55,637 bases of DNA from Bacteroidia bacterium (GTDB lineage: Bacteria; Bacteroidota; Bacteroidia; NS11-12g; UBA955), in contig JALRKL010000009.1 in assembly GCA_023268875.1 (NCBI GenBank), positions 1 through 55,637 on the forward strand, given 5' to 3'. Below, piece by piece: positions 20,217-29,084 of the stretch. The position numbers were made by a program, and so were the translations under genes. A model generated the notes under the pieces. That model ran no database searches, was not told the origin of the DNA, and worked only from the letters and a program-made list of their open reading frames with translations. Every line of letters starts with the position of its first letter. The first letter of the stretch is position 1.

Positions 20217-21410
20217 ATGAGCTCTAAGTTAACCGATTTAAATTTCGAAGGAGAAAAAGTTGTAATGCGCGTGGATTTCAACGTGCCTTTAAATGCTAGT
20301 TTTGAAATTACCGACGATTCGCGAATTCGCGCTGCTGTACCGAGTATCAAACACATCTTAAATACGGGTGGCTCTGTGATCATTATGAGTCATTTAGGTC
20401 GCCCAAAAAATGGTCCGGAAGCGGCTTACTCTCTCGGTCATATTACAGCGCGATTATCGACGTTGTTGGGAGTAACAGTAGATTTTGCAGAAGATTGCAT
20501 CGGCACCGAAGCTAAAGAAAAAGCAGAACGCTTAACACCTGGTGCAGTTTTGGTTTTGGAAAACCTTCGTTTTTATAAGGAAGAAACCAAAGGAGATGAA
20601 GAATTTGCATCTAAATTGGCTTCGCTTGGAACGTTTTATGTAAACGATGCTTTTGGAACGGCCCACAGAGAACATGCTTCTACTGCAGTAATTGCCAAGT
20701 TTTTCCCTCAAAAGAAGTCATTTGGTTTACTTATGGCAGCTGAGATTGAGAACGCAGAGAAGGTGATGAAATCTCCCGACAGACCTCTAACGGCTATCGT
20801 TGGTGGGGCGAAGGTTTCGGATAAGATCTTAATTGTTGAGAACCTCTTAAACGTAGCTGATAATATTATTATTGGCGGCGGTATGGCTTACACATTTTTT
20901 AAAGCGCAAGGTGGACAAATAGGATCTTCATTGTGCGAGGAAGATCGTTTGGAAACATGTTTACAAATCATCCGTAAAGCGGAGGAGAAAGGGGTGAAAA
21001 TACATTTGCCCGTTGATTCGGTGATGGCGGATGCATTTAAGGCCGATGCAAATACGCAAAATGTTCTAAGTAACGAAATCGAACCCAATTGGATGGGTTT
21101 AGATATCGGAAATTCAGCAGTTGCAAACTTCCGGGAAGTTCTATTGAACAGCAAAACCATCTTGTGGAACGGTCCAATGGGAGTTTTTGAAATGCAGGCC
21201 TTTGAGAACGGTACTAAATCAGTTGCTCAGGCTGTTGCCGATGCTACTAAAAATGGAGCATTTAGTTTAATCGGAGGTGGGGACAGTGCTGCCGCCGTTT
21301 ACAAATTTGGTTTTGAAAATAATGTAAGTTACGTAAGTACCGGTGGTGGAGCACTACTGGAATATTTTGAAGGCAAGGAATTGCCTGGAATTGCTGCGAT
21401 AAACCGCTAG
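20217..21410 (+). CDS. pgk: Phosphoglycerate kinase
   Basis: 397 aa with RVDFNVP, SHLGRPK and GGGDSAAAV. It starts 2 nt after the glyQS stop. Confidence 0.97.
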   Translation: MSSKLTDLNFEGEKVVMRVDFNVPLNASFEITDDSRIRAAVPSIKHILNTGGSVIIMSHLGRPKNGPEAAYSLGHITARLSTLLGVTVDFAEDCIGTEAKEKAERLTPGAVLVLENLRFYKEETKGDEEFASKLASLGTFYVNDAFGTAHREHASTAVIAKFFPQKKSFGLLMAAEIENAEKVMKSPDRPLTAIVGGAKVSDKILIVENLLNVADNIIIGGGMAYTFFKAQGGQIGSSLCEEDRLETCLQIIRKAEEKGVKIHLPVDSVMADAFKADANTQNVLSNEIEPNWMGLDIGNSAVANFREVLLNSKTILWNGPMGVFEMQAFENGTKSVAQAVADATKNGAFSLIGGGDSAAAVYKFGFENNVSYVSTGGGALLEYFEGKELPGIAAINR

Positions 21411-21416
21411 GGTTAA

Positions 21417-21917
21417 TTAGAGGCGGGTATTTATTAAGCGTTTTTCAGATTCGCTTAGGCACGATGATTTTTGGAAATACTTTTTCATGATATCCGCCAA
21501 ATACTCGCCTGTCTTTGCGTTTTCTAAAAGGAATTTTTTGTCCTCTGCGAGATGGTCGTTTAGACCTAGCATACTTGGAACCTCGCAAGAAAAGCTAAAG
21601 CGTAAATACCGTATTTCAAAGTTTTTCGGATTGGCGGTAACGGCTTTGTTTAGTTGCTCATATGCGTCGTTGGCCAAACTTAATTTTGTTGGCACCCAAC
21701 TCGTTTCGCGGGCTTCAAAGGCCAGGGCCATAGCATAAAAAGCTATAGACTGCGCATCGCTTTTATCTTTAGTTAATGATTTCAGCTTTTTTACGGAATC
21801 AGACTCCTTGAGGGCTCTTTTATAGGTATCCCGTATTAAATCCATCGGCTTAAGGTTCGTAAAAGTGGCAGAAATAAATAAAACAACTGCTATTCCGCCC
21901 AAAATCCCATTCCTCAT
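21417..21917 (-). CDS. Hypothetical protein with an N-terminal signal/anchor
   Basis: 166 aa with a hydrophobic N-terminus (GILGGIAVVLFISATF). No family recognised. Probably co-transcribed with corA, 30 nt upstream. Confidence 0.45.
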   Translation of the reverse strand: MRNGILGGIAVVLFISATFTNLKPMDLIRDTYKRALKESDSVKKLKSLTKDKSDAQSIAFYAMALAFEARETSWVPTKLSLANDAYEQLNKAVTANPKNFEIRYLRFSFSCEVPSMLGLNDHLAEDKKFLLENAKTGEYLADIMKKYFQKSSCLSESEKRLINTRL

Positions 21918-21947
21918 ATTCTTTCAACAACCAATCGCGAAAATGGT

Positions 21948-22898
21948 TTAAAGCCATTTTTTTCTTCGGAAGAAATAAAGCGTGCCTGCTGAGGAAATTA
22001 TCATTAATACAATAGCATAAATAAACCCATATTTCCATTTAAAAGCCTGAATAAATTCAAAATTCATTCCGTAAACACTGGCAATCAAGGTAGGGGGCAT
22101 AAATATGACGCTGGCAACCGTAAAAATTTTAATAATCTTATTTTGTTCAATATTTACCAAACCTAAGAAGGTGTTTTGTAAATACTCCAATCGTTGAAAG
22201 GTGAAATTGGCATGATCAATCAACGAATTAATATCTTTAATTACGATACGAAGTCGTTCGTAGTCTTCCCCCTCAAACTCTTTGCTTTTTAAAATTGCCG
22301 AAAGTACTCGTTGCTTATCCACTGCGTTTTGTCGGATTTCCATCGTCATTTCCTGTGTTCTCGAAATTTTTAGGATGAGGTGTTCGTCTGGATTTCCCCC
22401 GAAAGAAACAACCTTAGATAATTCGGCTACTTGGCGGGATAAGGTTTCTAAAAGATCGGCATCGTTATCAACACCTACCTCTAGTAGTGTTGCCATAATT
22501 TGCTTGCCGCTATGAAAGAATCGACCGGTTCCTTTTATTTTCTTTACGCAATCGGAGAAGGCCGTGAGATCGGCGTCGCGATAGGTAAAAAGTATATCGT
22601 CTTGAAGAATAAAAGAAACCGCATTAGATATAAATTGGTTGTGTTCAGAATTGAATTGCAGGAAGTTACTGTTGGCAATAATCTCGTCGTCGGTTTCAAA
22701 ATAACGAGACGAACTCTCGATTTCTATTTGTTCTTGCCGTGATTGGAATTTGAATTCGAAATTGGCCTCGACATCGGCAATTTCAGCGGGACTCGGATTT
22801 TGAAGGTCAATCCATACCAATCCCTCTGTTGTCTCTAATTGAGACAAATTTTGCACTTTGTGCACGCGGGTTTGTCGTTTGTGGTAAACGCGCATCAT
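21948..22898 (-). CDS. corA: CorA-family magnesium/cobalt transporter
   Basis: 316 aa with two C-terminal TMs and the YGMNF signature. Confidence 0.85.
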   Translation of the reverse strand: MMRVYHKRQTRVHKVQNLSQLETTEGLVWIDLQNPSPAEIADVEANFEFKFQSRQEQIEIESSSRYFETDDEIIANSNFLQFNSEHNQFISNAVSFILQDDILFTYRDADLTAFSDCVKKIKGTGRFFHSGKQIMATLLEVGVDNDADLLETLSRQVAELSKVVSFGGNPDEHLILKISRTQEMTMEIRQNAVDKQRVLSAILKSKEFEGEDYERLRIVIKDINSLIDHANFTFQRLEYLQNTFLGLVNIEQNKIIKIFTVASVIFMPPTLIASVYGMNFEFIQAFKWKYGFIYAIVLMIISSAGTLYFFRRKKWL

Positions 22899-22942
22899 TG
22901 GAGTAACAACTTCGAGGTTCGGGTTCCATGATTAATGAGCCG

Positions 22943-22950
22943 CAAAAATA
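22943..22950 (-). promoter_or_regulatory. -7 promoter box (TATTTTTG) for corA
   Basis: Matches TAnnTTTG, 44 nt upstream of the corA ATG. Confidence 0.5.
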
Positions 22951-22962
22951 GGGTTTAAATTT

Positions 22963-22993
22963 TGAATTATGAATTATGAATCGTGAATTATGA
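22963..22993. repeat. Heptanucleotide tandem repeat (TGAATTA)x4.4, third unit TGAATCG
   Basis: Reads TGAATTA TGAATTA TGAATCG TGAATTA TGA directly. It lies 13-43 nt upstream of the corA -7 box. Confidence 0.8.
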
Positions 22994-23172
22994 TTTTGCC
23001 ACTTGACCCAGCCTGAATTGGGGTCGTGTTTTCTAGTCACTTTTTGAATGGAAAAAAACTGAGCGTTAGCGGTTCTCATACACGAGAAAATTCTTTGATC
23101 GATGCCTCTTATTTCCTTTATAGTTGATTTTCTGTTTGACAGGCAATGGATGAATATTCGGGAAGTCTAAAT

Positions 23173-23508
23173 TTAATTAGTGATACCACTGTGCGTTTTT
23201 TTTGAGAAGAAATAGTGGTAAGAAGTTTTGACTTCTTGGATATAGAACCAAAGGAGCAAAGGTCCCACTATCAATATGAGTTTGTTGTATTCCCATGCCG
23301 TTTTAAAATCAAAATGCAGAGCGTGTTGTGTGGCTCTTGTGATGCCGCAACCGGGGCAGTCGATATCGGTTATCAATTTTGAAATGCATATTGTAGGGCC
23401 TGTATCAAATAGATCGGCAGGTAGAATTAGCAATACGAAAGGTATTAAAACGACAAAAACCCGATAAAGGGTTCTTGTCGTTAGTCTAATTTGTTTAATC
23501 GTATTCAA
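23173..23508 (-). CDS. DUF2752-like small membrane protein
   Basis: 111 aa with a TM, the CPGCGITRA motif and a second TM. It starts 2 nt after the TM2 gene stop. Confidence 0.65.
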   Translation of the reverse strand: MNTIKQIRLTTRTLYRVFVVLIPFVLLILPADLFDTGPTICISKLITDIDCPGCGITRATQHALHFDFKTAWEYNKLILIVGPLLLWFYIQEVKTSYHYFFSKKTHSGITN

Positions 23509-23510
23509 GA

Positions 23511-24119
23511 TTAGTTAGCGTTGGGATTACGTCCTAAATCGCCTGTTAATATTCTTATTAAGTCAATAATAACCCATATACCGCAACCTCCACCGGTTAA
23601 CAGTTGAATAATACCGATAGTGGTATATCCGAGGTAAAAACGATGAATACCTAAACCGCCTAAGAAAATACACAACAAGGCGGCGATCAACATTTCGTTA
23701 TCGTCTAGTCCGCCTCCATTCGCTTTTTCTTGTAGGGTGTTTTCGTTCTTTTTAACAGGCTTTTGGGCCTCTTTGGCCTCAATTTGCTTTACGGCTTTTT
23801 TTACGAGTGCCTTCTCAACTAGATTAAGATTTTTGTACTCCGATGATGCAAAAATCACTTTTTTGGTTCGAGTTATATCGGCTGCTTTTGTATCAGTGGT
23901 CAAAGGAGCGGTAACTTCTTCATTTACTAAAATTGTGTTAGATTCAACCGTCTGCTTTTCGGCATTTGTTGGGTTTTCCGTTTTTTTAATTTGAAGGGAT
24001 ACCTTCTTTTGTGACATTCCCCAACCGCCTCCAAAAGCGGTAGCATTGCGTTCGATTGTGCTAGAACAAGATGCTAAAAATAACCCTGCAACAGCATAAA
24101 TTAGTAGATTCTTTTTCAT
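23511..24119 (-). CDS. TM2-domain lipoprotein
   Basis: Lipobox LFLASC, a long Lys/Glu/Thr-rich linker and a C-terminal TM2 domain ([42 protein letters not shown]). Confidence 0.75.
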   Translation of the reverse strand: MKKNLLIYAVAGLFLASCSSTIERNATAFGGGWGMSQKKVSLQIKKTENPTNAEKQTVESNTILVNEEVTAPLTTDTKAADITRTKKVIFASSEYKNLNLVEKALVKKAVKQIEAKEAQKPVKKNENTLQEKANGGGLDDNEMLIAALLCIFLGGLGIHRFYLGYTTIGIIQLLTGGGCGIWVIIDLIRILTGDLGRNPNAN

Positions 24120-24343
24120 AATGATTTTGTTGTTGAAAAGGCAAGATAAAGATTATTGTGTAAATTTTAAATGTAAACATTTTTGAAATTGCTCGTAATG
24201 GTAGCAATCGATTGGTTACTTTAAGAATCTAATAATTGACTTAGGTTATGTGAATCATTTTTAGATTCGTATTGAATCCTAGTAAGCAATAACAAGAGAT
24301 ATCGGTAATGGCTATAACGTTAAGGCCTAAACACTTTCGAATT

Positions 24344-25075
24344 TTATAGCTTGCCTATGAGGCTTTTAAGTTTTAATTCCAAAACACCGAACAGAGCTTC
24401 ACGAAATATTTTGGTGCTCATTTTCGAAGTTCCTGCGGTGCGATCGGTAAAAATAATGGGGTGTTCGGCAATGGTAAATCCCTTGCGTTTAGATCGGAAC
24501 TTCATTTCAATTTGAAAGGCATATCCCCGGAATTTAATATCATCAATACCTATAGTTTCGAGCACATTTCTTCGGTAGCAAACAAATCCAGCAGTCGTGT
24601 CGGCAATATTTAAACCTGTAATGAATTGCACGTACTTCGATGCATAATAGCTCATTAAAACACGCCCCATTGGCCAATTAACCACGTTTACCACACCGCC
24701 TACATAACGAGATCCAACGCAAACATCTGCATCACTTTCGCATTTTTCAATCAGTTTGGGAAGTTGATCGACGGGATGAGAAAAATCACAATCCATTTCA
24801 CAGATAAATTGATAATCTCTCTTTAATGCCCAATGAAATCCAGCAATGTACGCCGTTCCTAATCCGTTTTTTTCGGTTCGTTCTAATATATGCAGTCGGT
24901 TTTGAAAAGTAGTCTGCATTTCTTTAACCTTCGAACCTGTTCCATCGGGGGAGCCATCATCTACAATAAGCAGATCTATTTTTTTGGGAAGGGCCATGAC
25001 GGTTTGGACCATCCTTTCGATGTTTTCAATTTCGTTGTAGGTTGGTATAATAACCAAATATGGCACAGTTTGCAT
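24344..25075 (-). CDS. GT2 polyprenol-phosphate mannose synthase-like glycosyltransferase
   Basis: IIPTYNEIENI, DDGSPDGT and DCDFSHP motifs. The start is set at ATG 25075 because the track's TTG start lies inside the -7 box. Confidence 0.85.
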   Translation of the reverse strand: MQTVPYLVIIPTYNEIENIERMVQTVMALPKKIDLLIVDDGSPDGTGSKVKEMQTTFQNRLHILERTEKNGLGTAYIAGFHWALKRDYQFICEMDCDFSHPVDQLPKLIEKCESDADVCVGSRYVGGVVNVVNWPMGRVLMSYYASKYVQFITGLNIADTTAGFVCYRRNVLETIGIDDIKFRGYAFQIEMKFRSKRKGFTIAEHPIIFTDRTAGTSKMSTKIFREALFGVLELKLKSLIGKL

Positions 25076-25087
25076 AACGGCGAAGAG

Positions 25088-25095
25088 CAAAAATA
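25088..25095 (-). promoter_or_regulatory. -7 promoter box (TATTTTTG) for the GT2 gene
   Basis: Matches TAnnTTTG, 12 nt upstream of ATG 25075. Confidence 0.55.
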
Positions 25096-25120
25096 AGGAT
25101 TCTTTTCGGCATATTTTGGG

Positions 25121-25128
25121 TACTTTTG
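25121..25128 (+). promoter_or_regulatory. -7 promoter box (TACTTTTG)
   Basis: Matches TAnnTTTG, 4 nt before GTG 25133. Confidence 0.6.
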
Positions 25129-25132
25129 AGGT

Positions 25133-25618
25133 GTGAAAGCTGTTTTTTTAGACCGCGATGGCGTTGTTAACCACGATCCGGGTGATTATACCCGGTCGGT
25201 AGAGGAATTTCATATTTTACCTCAATTTATGTCTCAAGCAAAAAAATGGGCGGATTTGGGATATAAATTTATCGTAATCACGAACCAGGGAGGTGTAGCC
25301 AAGGGTTTATATAAAGATAACGCCGTTCATGCGATGCACCAGTATTTACAGGGTAAATGCATAGAAGCGGGTTTCCGAATAGAAGCATTTTATTTTTGTC
25401 CTCATCACGAAGCTTATTCGGGAAAGTGTTTATGCCGAAAGCCAGGTAGTTTGATGGTCGAAAAGGCCATTCACCGTTTTGACATTCAGGTCGATAAAAG
25501 TATATTTTTTGGGGATAAAGACCGAGACATTGTGTGTGCTGAGAATGCGGGAGTGCGAGGAGTTAAGATTGAAGTAAACGGTCGGATACCAAGCCCGGAA
25601 GAATTGAATATGGCATGA
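25133..25618 (+). CDS. HAD-IIIA phosphatase (GmhB D,D-heptose-1,7-bisphosphate phosphatase / HisB-N histidinol-phosphatase family)
   Basis: 161 aa with FLDRDGVVN (DxD nucleophile), the zinc loop CPHH...CLCRKP and GDKDRD. The GTG start is required to keep the conserved N-terminus. Confidence 0.8.
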   Translation: MKAVFLDRDGVVNHDPGDYTRSVEEFHILPQFMSQAKKWADLGYKFIVITNQGGVAKGLYKDNAVHAMHQYLQGKCIEAGFRIEAFYFCPHHEAYSGKCLCRKPGSLMVEKAIHRFDIQVDKSIFFGDKDRDIVCAENAGVRGVKIEVNGRIPSPEELNMA

Positions 25619-25646
25619 AAATTGCCTTAACTAAAACGAAAGAAAC

Positions 25647-25654
25647 TAAATTTG
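25647..25654 (+). promoter_or_regulatory. -7 promoter box (TAAATTTG)
   Basis: Matches TAnnTTTG, 4 nt before ATG 25659. Confidence 0.6.
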
Positions 25655-25658
25655 TACT

Positions 25659-26147
25659 ATGAGAATTAAACAATACCTCTTTTTATTTATCGCCTCTTTT
25701 GGTACTGCCCTATCGGCGCAAACCGTTCCTTCAGTAAATGTTAAAAACATCAACGGTGAAAATGTCGATTTTTCTACAGTTATCGATTCGGGTAAAATTA
25801 CCGTAATTAGTTTTTGGGCTACGTGGTGCGGTCCTTGTATAAAAGAGCTTCAAGCGATTGATCAATATTATGAGGATTGGCAAGAAACCTATAATATGAA
25901 GTTGGTGGCTGTGAGTATAGATGATTCTCGTAATGTGAAGAAAGTAAAGCCAAAAGTATTGGGTGAAGGTTGGCAATATGAAATTATCCTTGATGAAAAT
26001 CAAGATTTAGCCAGAGCCATGAACGTTAATAACCCTCCTATGACGTATATCGTCGACGGACAAGGAAAGATTGTATACTCACATCAGGGTTACACTCCAG
26101 GTGCGGAGGACGAGCTCGAAGCTCAACTAAAAAAACTGATGCCTTAA
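25659..26147 (+). CDS. TlpA-like periplasmic thiol:disulfide oxidoreductase (thioredoxin fold)
   Basis: 162 aa with a signal peptide and the WATWCGPC active site. Confidence 0.85.
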   Translation: MRIKQYLFLFIASFGTALSAQTVPSVNVKNINGENVDFSTVIDSGKITVISFWATWCGPCIKELQAIDQYYEDWQETYNMKLVAVSIDDSRNVKKVKPKVLGEGWQYEIILDENQDLARAMNVNNPPMTYIVDGQGKIVYSHQGYTPGAEDELEAQLKKLMP

Positions 26148-26217
26148 CGCTAAAAGCGGAGTTGAACTTTTTGAACTTTTTTTGCGTTTTCTGCAAATTC
26201 AAAGATAAAATGAACAT

Positions 26218-26249
26218 CCCCACAGATTAATCCTCTGTGGGGCTTTGTG
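26218..26249 (+). terminator. Candidate terminator after the tlpA-like gene
   Basis: 8-bp stem CCCCACAG / CTGTGGGG with a 9-nt loop, followed by CTTTGTGT (weak T tract). Confidence 0.5.
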
Positions 26250-26257
26250 TATATTTG
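26250..26257 (+). promoter_or_regulatory. -7 promoter box (TATATTTG)
   Basis: Matches TAnnTTTG, 3 nt before ATG 26261. Confidence 0.6.
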
Positions 26258-26260
26258 CAC

Positions 26261-27637
26261 ATGCAAAAGCCATCACTGCCATCGGGAACGCGAGACTTTG
26301 GCCCCGAAGTGTATCAAAAACGCAAATCAATAATGAATGTAATGGAGCGTGTTTTCAAGCTTCACGGATTTGTTGGAATAGAAACACCGGCTTTGGAAAA
26401 CCTCACAACGCTGCAAGGGAAATACGGTGATGAAGGAGATCAGTTGTTGTTTAAAGTTTTAAACTCAGGAGAATACCTGTCAAAAGTTACTGAGCAATCG
26501 CTTCAGCAAATAAACTACAGCGAGATTACACCGCAAATAGCATCACGTGGTTTGCGTTACGATTTAACTGTTCCATTAGCTCGCTTCGTTGTAATGAACC
26601 GGAGTAATTTGAATTTCCCTTTCAAACGATTTCAAATGCAGCCCGTATGGCGGGCGGACAGGCCTCAAAAAGGGCGTTATCGAGAATTTTGGCAGTGTGA
26701 TGTTGATATAGTTGGCAGTAAGCATTTGTTGTCAGAGGCGGAACTGGTTGAGATGTACGCTGAGGTTTTTGAAGAACTCGGACTTGGTGTGGAAATTAAA
26801 ATAAACCACCGCAAAATTCTAGATGCGTTTTTACCTTTATCTGGAGGCGAGGCTTCCTGGAACTCTTTCATGCAAGCCATAGATAAATTTGATAAAATTG
26901 GGAAAGACGGAGTTGCAAAAGAATTGGAGCAGCGGCAATTAACCCATATGATTGAGGCTTGGAATAGATGGTGTGAAATAGCAGATCTCGGTAATATTAA
27001 CGATGTATTATCGGGTATACGGAGTATTGAAGAAATTCAAAATGAACATCTTGAAGAAGGCATCCAATCGGTTACGCGTTTATGGGATTTACTTGAAGAT
27101 TTCCCACAAGTTAAATTAGATTTGAGGTTGGCAAGAGGCTTGAGTTATTACACCGGGTGTGTATTTGAGGTTGTCCCGAACGATAAACGATTGCCAAAAG
27201 ATTTTAAAATAGGAAGTATCGGTGGCGGTGGTCGTTACGATAATTTAACAGGGATTTTTGGTTTAAAAGACGTTTCAGGAGTGGGCGTTTCTTTTGGATT
27301 AGACCGGATTTACGATACCCTAGAGGCATGCGATGATACATCAAATGAGGCTGTAGAGCACGGCGTTTTAATTTGTTCGATGTTAGAGAGCGCAGAAGTT
27401 AGGGCATTTGAGATTGCTAAATTTTTGAGAAAAAAAGGGATTCAAGTAGAGGTATATCCAGGCTCGGTGAAACTTAAGAAACAATTAGATTATGCAAATG
27501 CTACTCAGAAGAGATTTGCGCTAATTTTAGGAGAGTCCGAACTTGAAAACGGAACCATATCAATTAAAGATTTAAAGAGTGGGAGTCAACAGGAATCTGC
27601 ACAAGATTCATTATTAGAAGTATTACAAAATGCGTGA
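26261..27637 (+). CDS. hisS: Histidine--tRNA ligase
   Basis: MQKPSLPSGTRDF..., with class II motifs (RYDLTVPLARF, YREFWQCDVD, GGGGRYDNL) and an anticodon-binding C-terminus. The start is moved from 26237 to ATG 26261. Confidence 0.95.
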   Translation: MQKPSLPSGTRDFGPEVYQKRKSIMNVMERVFKLHGFVGIETPALENLTTLQGKYGDEGDQLLFKVLNSGEYLSKVTEQSLQQINYSEITPQIASRGLRYDLTVPLARFVVMNRSNLNFPFKRFQMQPVWRADRPQKGRYREFWQCDVDIVGSKHLLSEAELVEMYAEVFEELGLGVEIKINHRKILDAFLPLSGGEASWNSFMQAIDKFDKIGKDGVAKELEQRQLTHMIEAWNRWCEIADLGNINDVLSGIRSIEEIQNEHLEEGIQSVTRLWDLLEDFPQVKLDLRLARGLSYYTGCVFEVVPNDKRLPKDFKIGSIGGGGRYDNLTGIFGLKDVSGVGVSFGLDRIYDTLEACDDTSNEAVEHGVLICSMLESAEVRAFEIAKFLRKKGIQVEVYPGSVKLKKQLDYANATQKRFALILGESELENGTISIKDLKSGSQQESAQDSLLEVLQNA

Positions 27638-29084
27638 TTATTATTTTATACACGAGGTTTGGAAGGCAATGGCCGAACCGGTTGAATTAACCGAAGTTGT
27701 TAGGAATCGTATGCAAAAAAGCGTGGATTTTTTACATGGATATCTGTCAGATGCGAAAGCACCTGTTTATGGAATTAATACGGGATTTGGTTCTTTACAG
27801 AATGTAGAAATTTCGGCTTCTGAATTGAACGAACTGCAAGAAAATTTATTGATAACACACGCTGCAGGTGTGGGAGCATTATTGTCGGAAGAACTAACTA
27901 AAACCATGATATGGTTGAAGTTATTGAATATGAGTAAAGGATATTCCGGTATTCGTCCACTGGTTTTTGAACGATTGGCACTGATGTATAACGATAATGT
28001 TATACCATGTGTGAACGAGCAAGGGTCTTTGGGGGCTTCGGGCGATCTAGCGCCTCTGTCGCAGATGTGCTTGCCGTTAATTGGTAAAGGGCGTGTGCGT
28101 GTTGCTGGTGAAATTTTGGATTCGGAAGTCTGGCTCAATACCGTGGGCCTAAGTCCCATTACATTAGATCCAAAAGAAGCACTAGCCTTAATTAATGGAA
28201 CGCAGTTCATGATGTCGCATGCCTTATTGGCTTATAAAAAAATTGAAGCAATTGAGGCACAACTGCCGTGGATTGCAGGGTTAAGTATCGATGCATTCGA
28301 CTGCAGAATAGAACCGTTTCATCCGGCTATTCACGATGTGCGCCCACATAATGGACAAATTAGAGCCGCGGCCGAAATTCGTCAGGTATTAGACGGGTCA
28401 AAACGTACACAAACTCCCAAGAAACAAGTTCAAGATCCCTACAGTTTTCGTTGCATCCCTCAAGTTCATGGGGCCAGTTATGATGCTTTGGATCATTGTT
28501 TCTCCGTTTGGGAAACAGAATTGAATTCTGTTACCGATAATCCCAATGTATTCGAGCTGGAAAATGCGGTTATAAGCGGGGGTAATTTCCATGGGCAGCC
28601 CCTGGCATTGACCTTAGATTATGCGGCAATGGCAATAGCGGAATTAGCGAATATTTCTGAACGACGTTTGTATTTATTGGTAAGTGGACAACGTGAATTG
28701 ACGCCTTATTTAGCCGAAATTCCTGGAACCGATTCAGGTTGTATGATTACACAATATTCCGCGGCCTCACTGGTTAGTCAAAACAAGCAGTTGTGCACGC
28801 CTGCTTCCGTAGATAGTATCATGTCGAGCAACGGTCAAGAAGACCATGTATCTATGGGCGCTAATGCAGCCACTAAACTTATACGGGTAGTTGAAAATAC
28901 CCGATATGTTTTGGCAATGGAATGGTTGTGTGGGGTGAAAGCGCATAAGCAACGCAACATAGAGTCTTCGGTTGGTATTGAAAAAAGAGTTTCGGAATTC
29001 TTGAAAGAAGGACCCTTGGATCACCGAAATACACCGATGAATGATTTAATCGAAAGGGCCTATAATTACTGCTGGTTAGGTTGA
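27630..29084 (+). CDS. hutH: Histidine ammonia-lyase (aromatic amino acid lyase family, MIO cofactor)
   Basis: 484 aa with YGINTGFG, the MIO-forming GSLGASGDLAPL and NGTQ. Its ATG overlaps the hisS stop by 8 nt. An alternative start lies at 27669. Confidence 0.85.
   Translation: MRDYYFIHEVWKAMAEPVELTEVVRNRMQKSVDFLHGYLSDAKAPVYGINTGFGSLQNVEISASELNELQENLLITHAAGVGALLSEELTKTMIWLKLLNMSKGYSGIRPLVFERLALMYNDNVIPCVNEQGSLGASGDLAPLSQMCLPLIGKGRVRVAGEILDSEVWLNTVGLSPITLDPKEALALINGTQFMMSHALLAYKKIEAIEAQLPWIAGLSIDAFDCRIEPFHPAIHDVRPHNGQIRAAAEIRQVLDGSKRTQTPKKQVQDPYSFRCIPQVHGASYDALDHCFSVWETELNSVTDNPNVFELENAVISGGNFHGQPLALTLDYAAMAIAELANISERRLYLLVSGQRELTPYLAEIPGTDSGCMITQYSAASLVSQNKQLCTPASVDSIMSSNGQEDHVSMGANAATKLIRVVENTRYVLAMEWLCGVKAHKQRNIESSVGIEKRVSEFLKEGPLDHRNTPMNDLIERAYNYCWLG

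Noticed and set aside
22807-23079. 90-aa minus-strand ORF spanning the corA upstream region.
   Set aside because: It overlaps the corA start, reads through the heptamer repeat (giving IIHNS-type repeats) and contains the predicted corA promoter. It is most likely non-coding.
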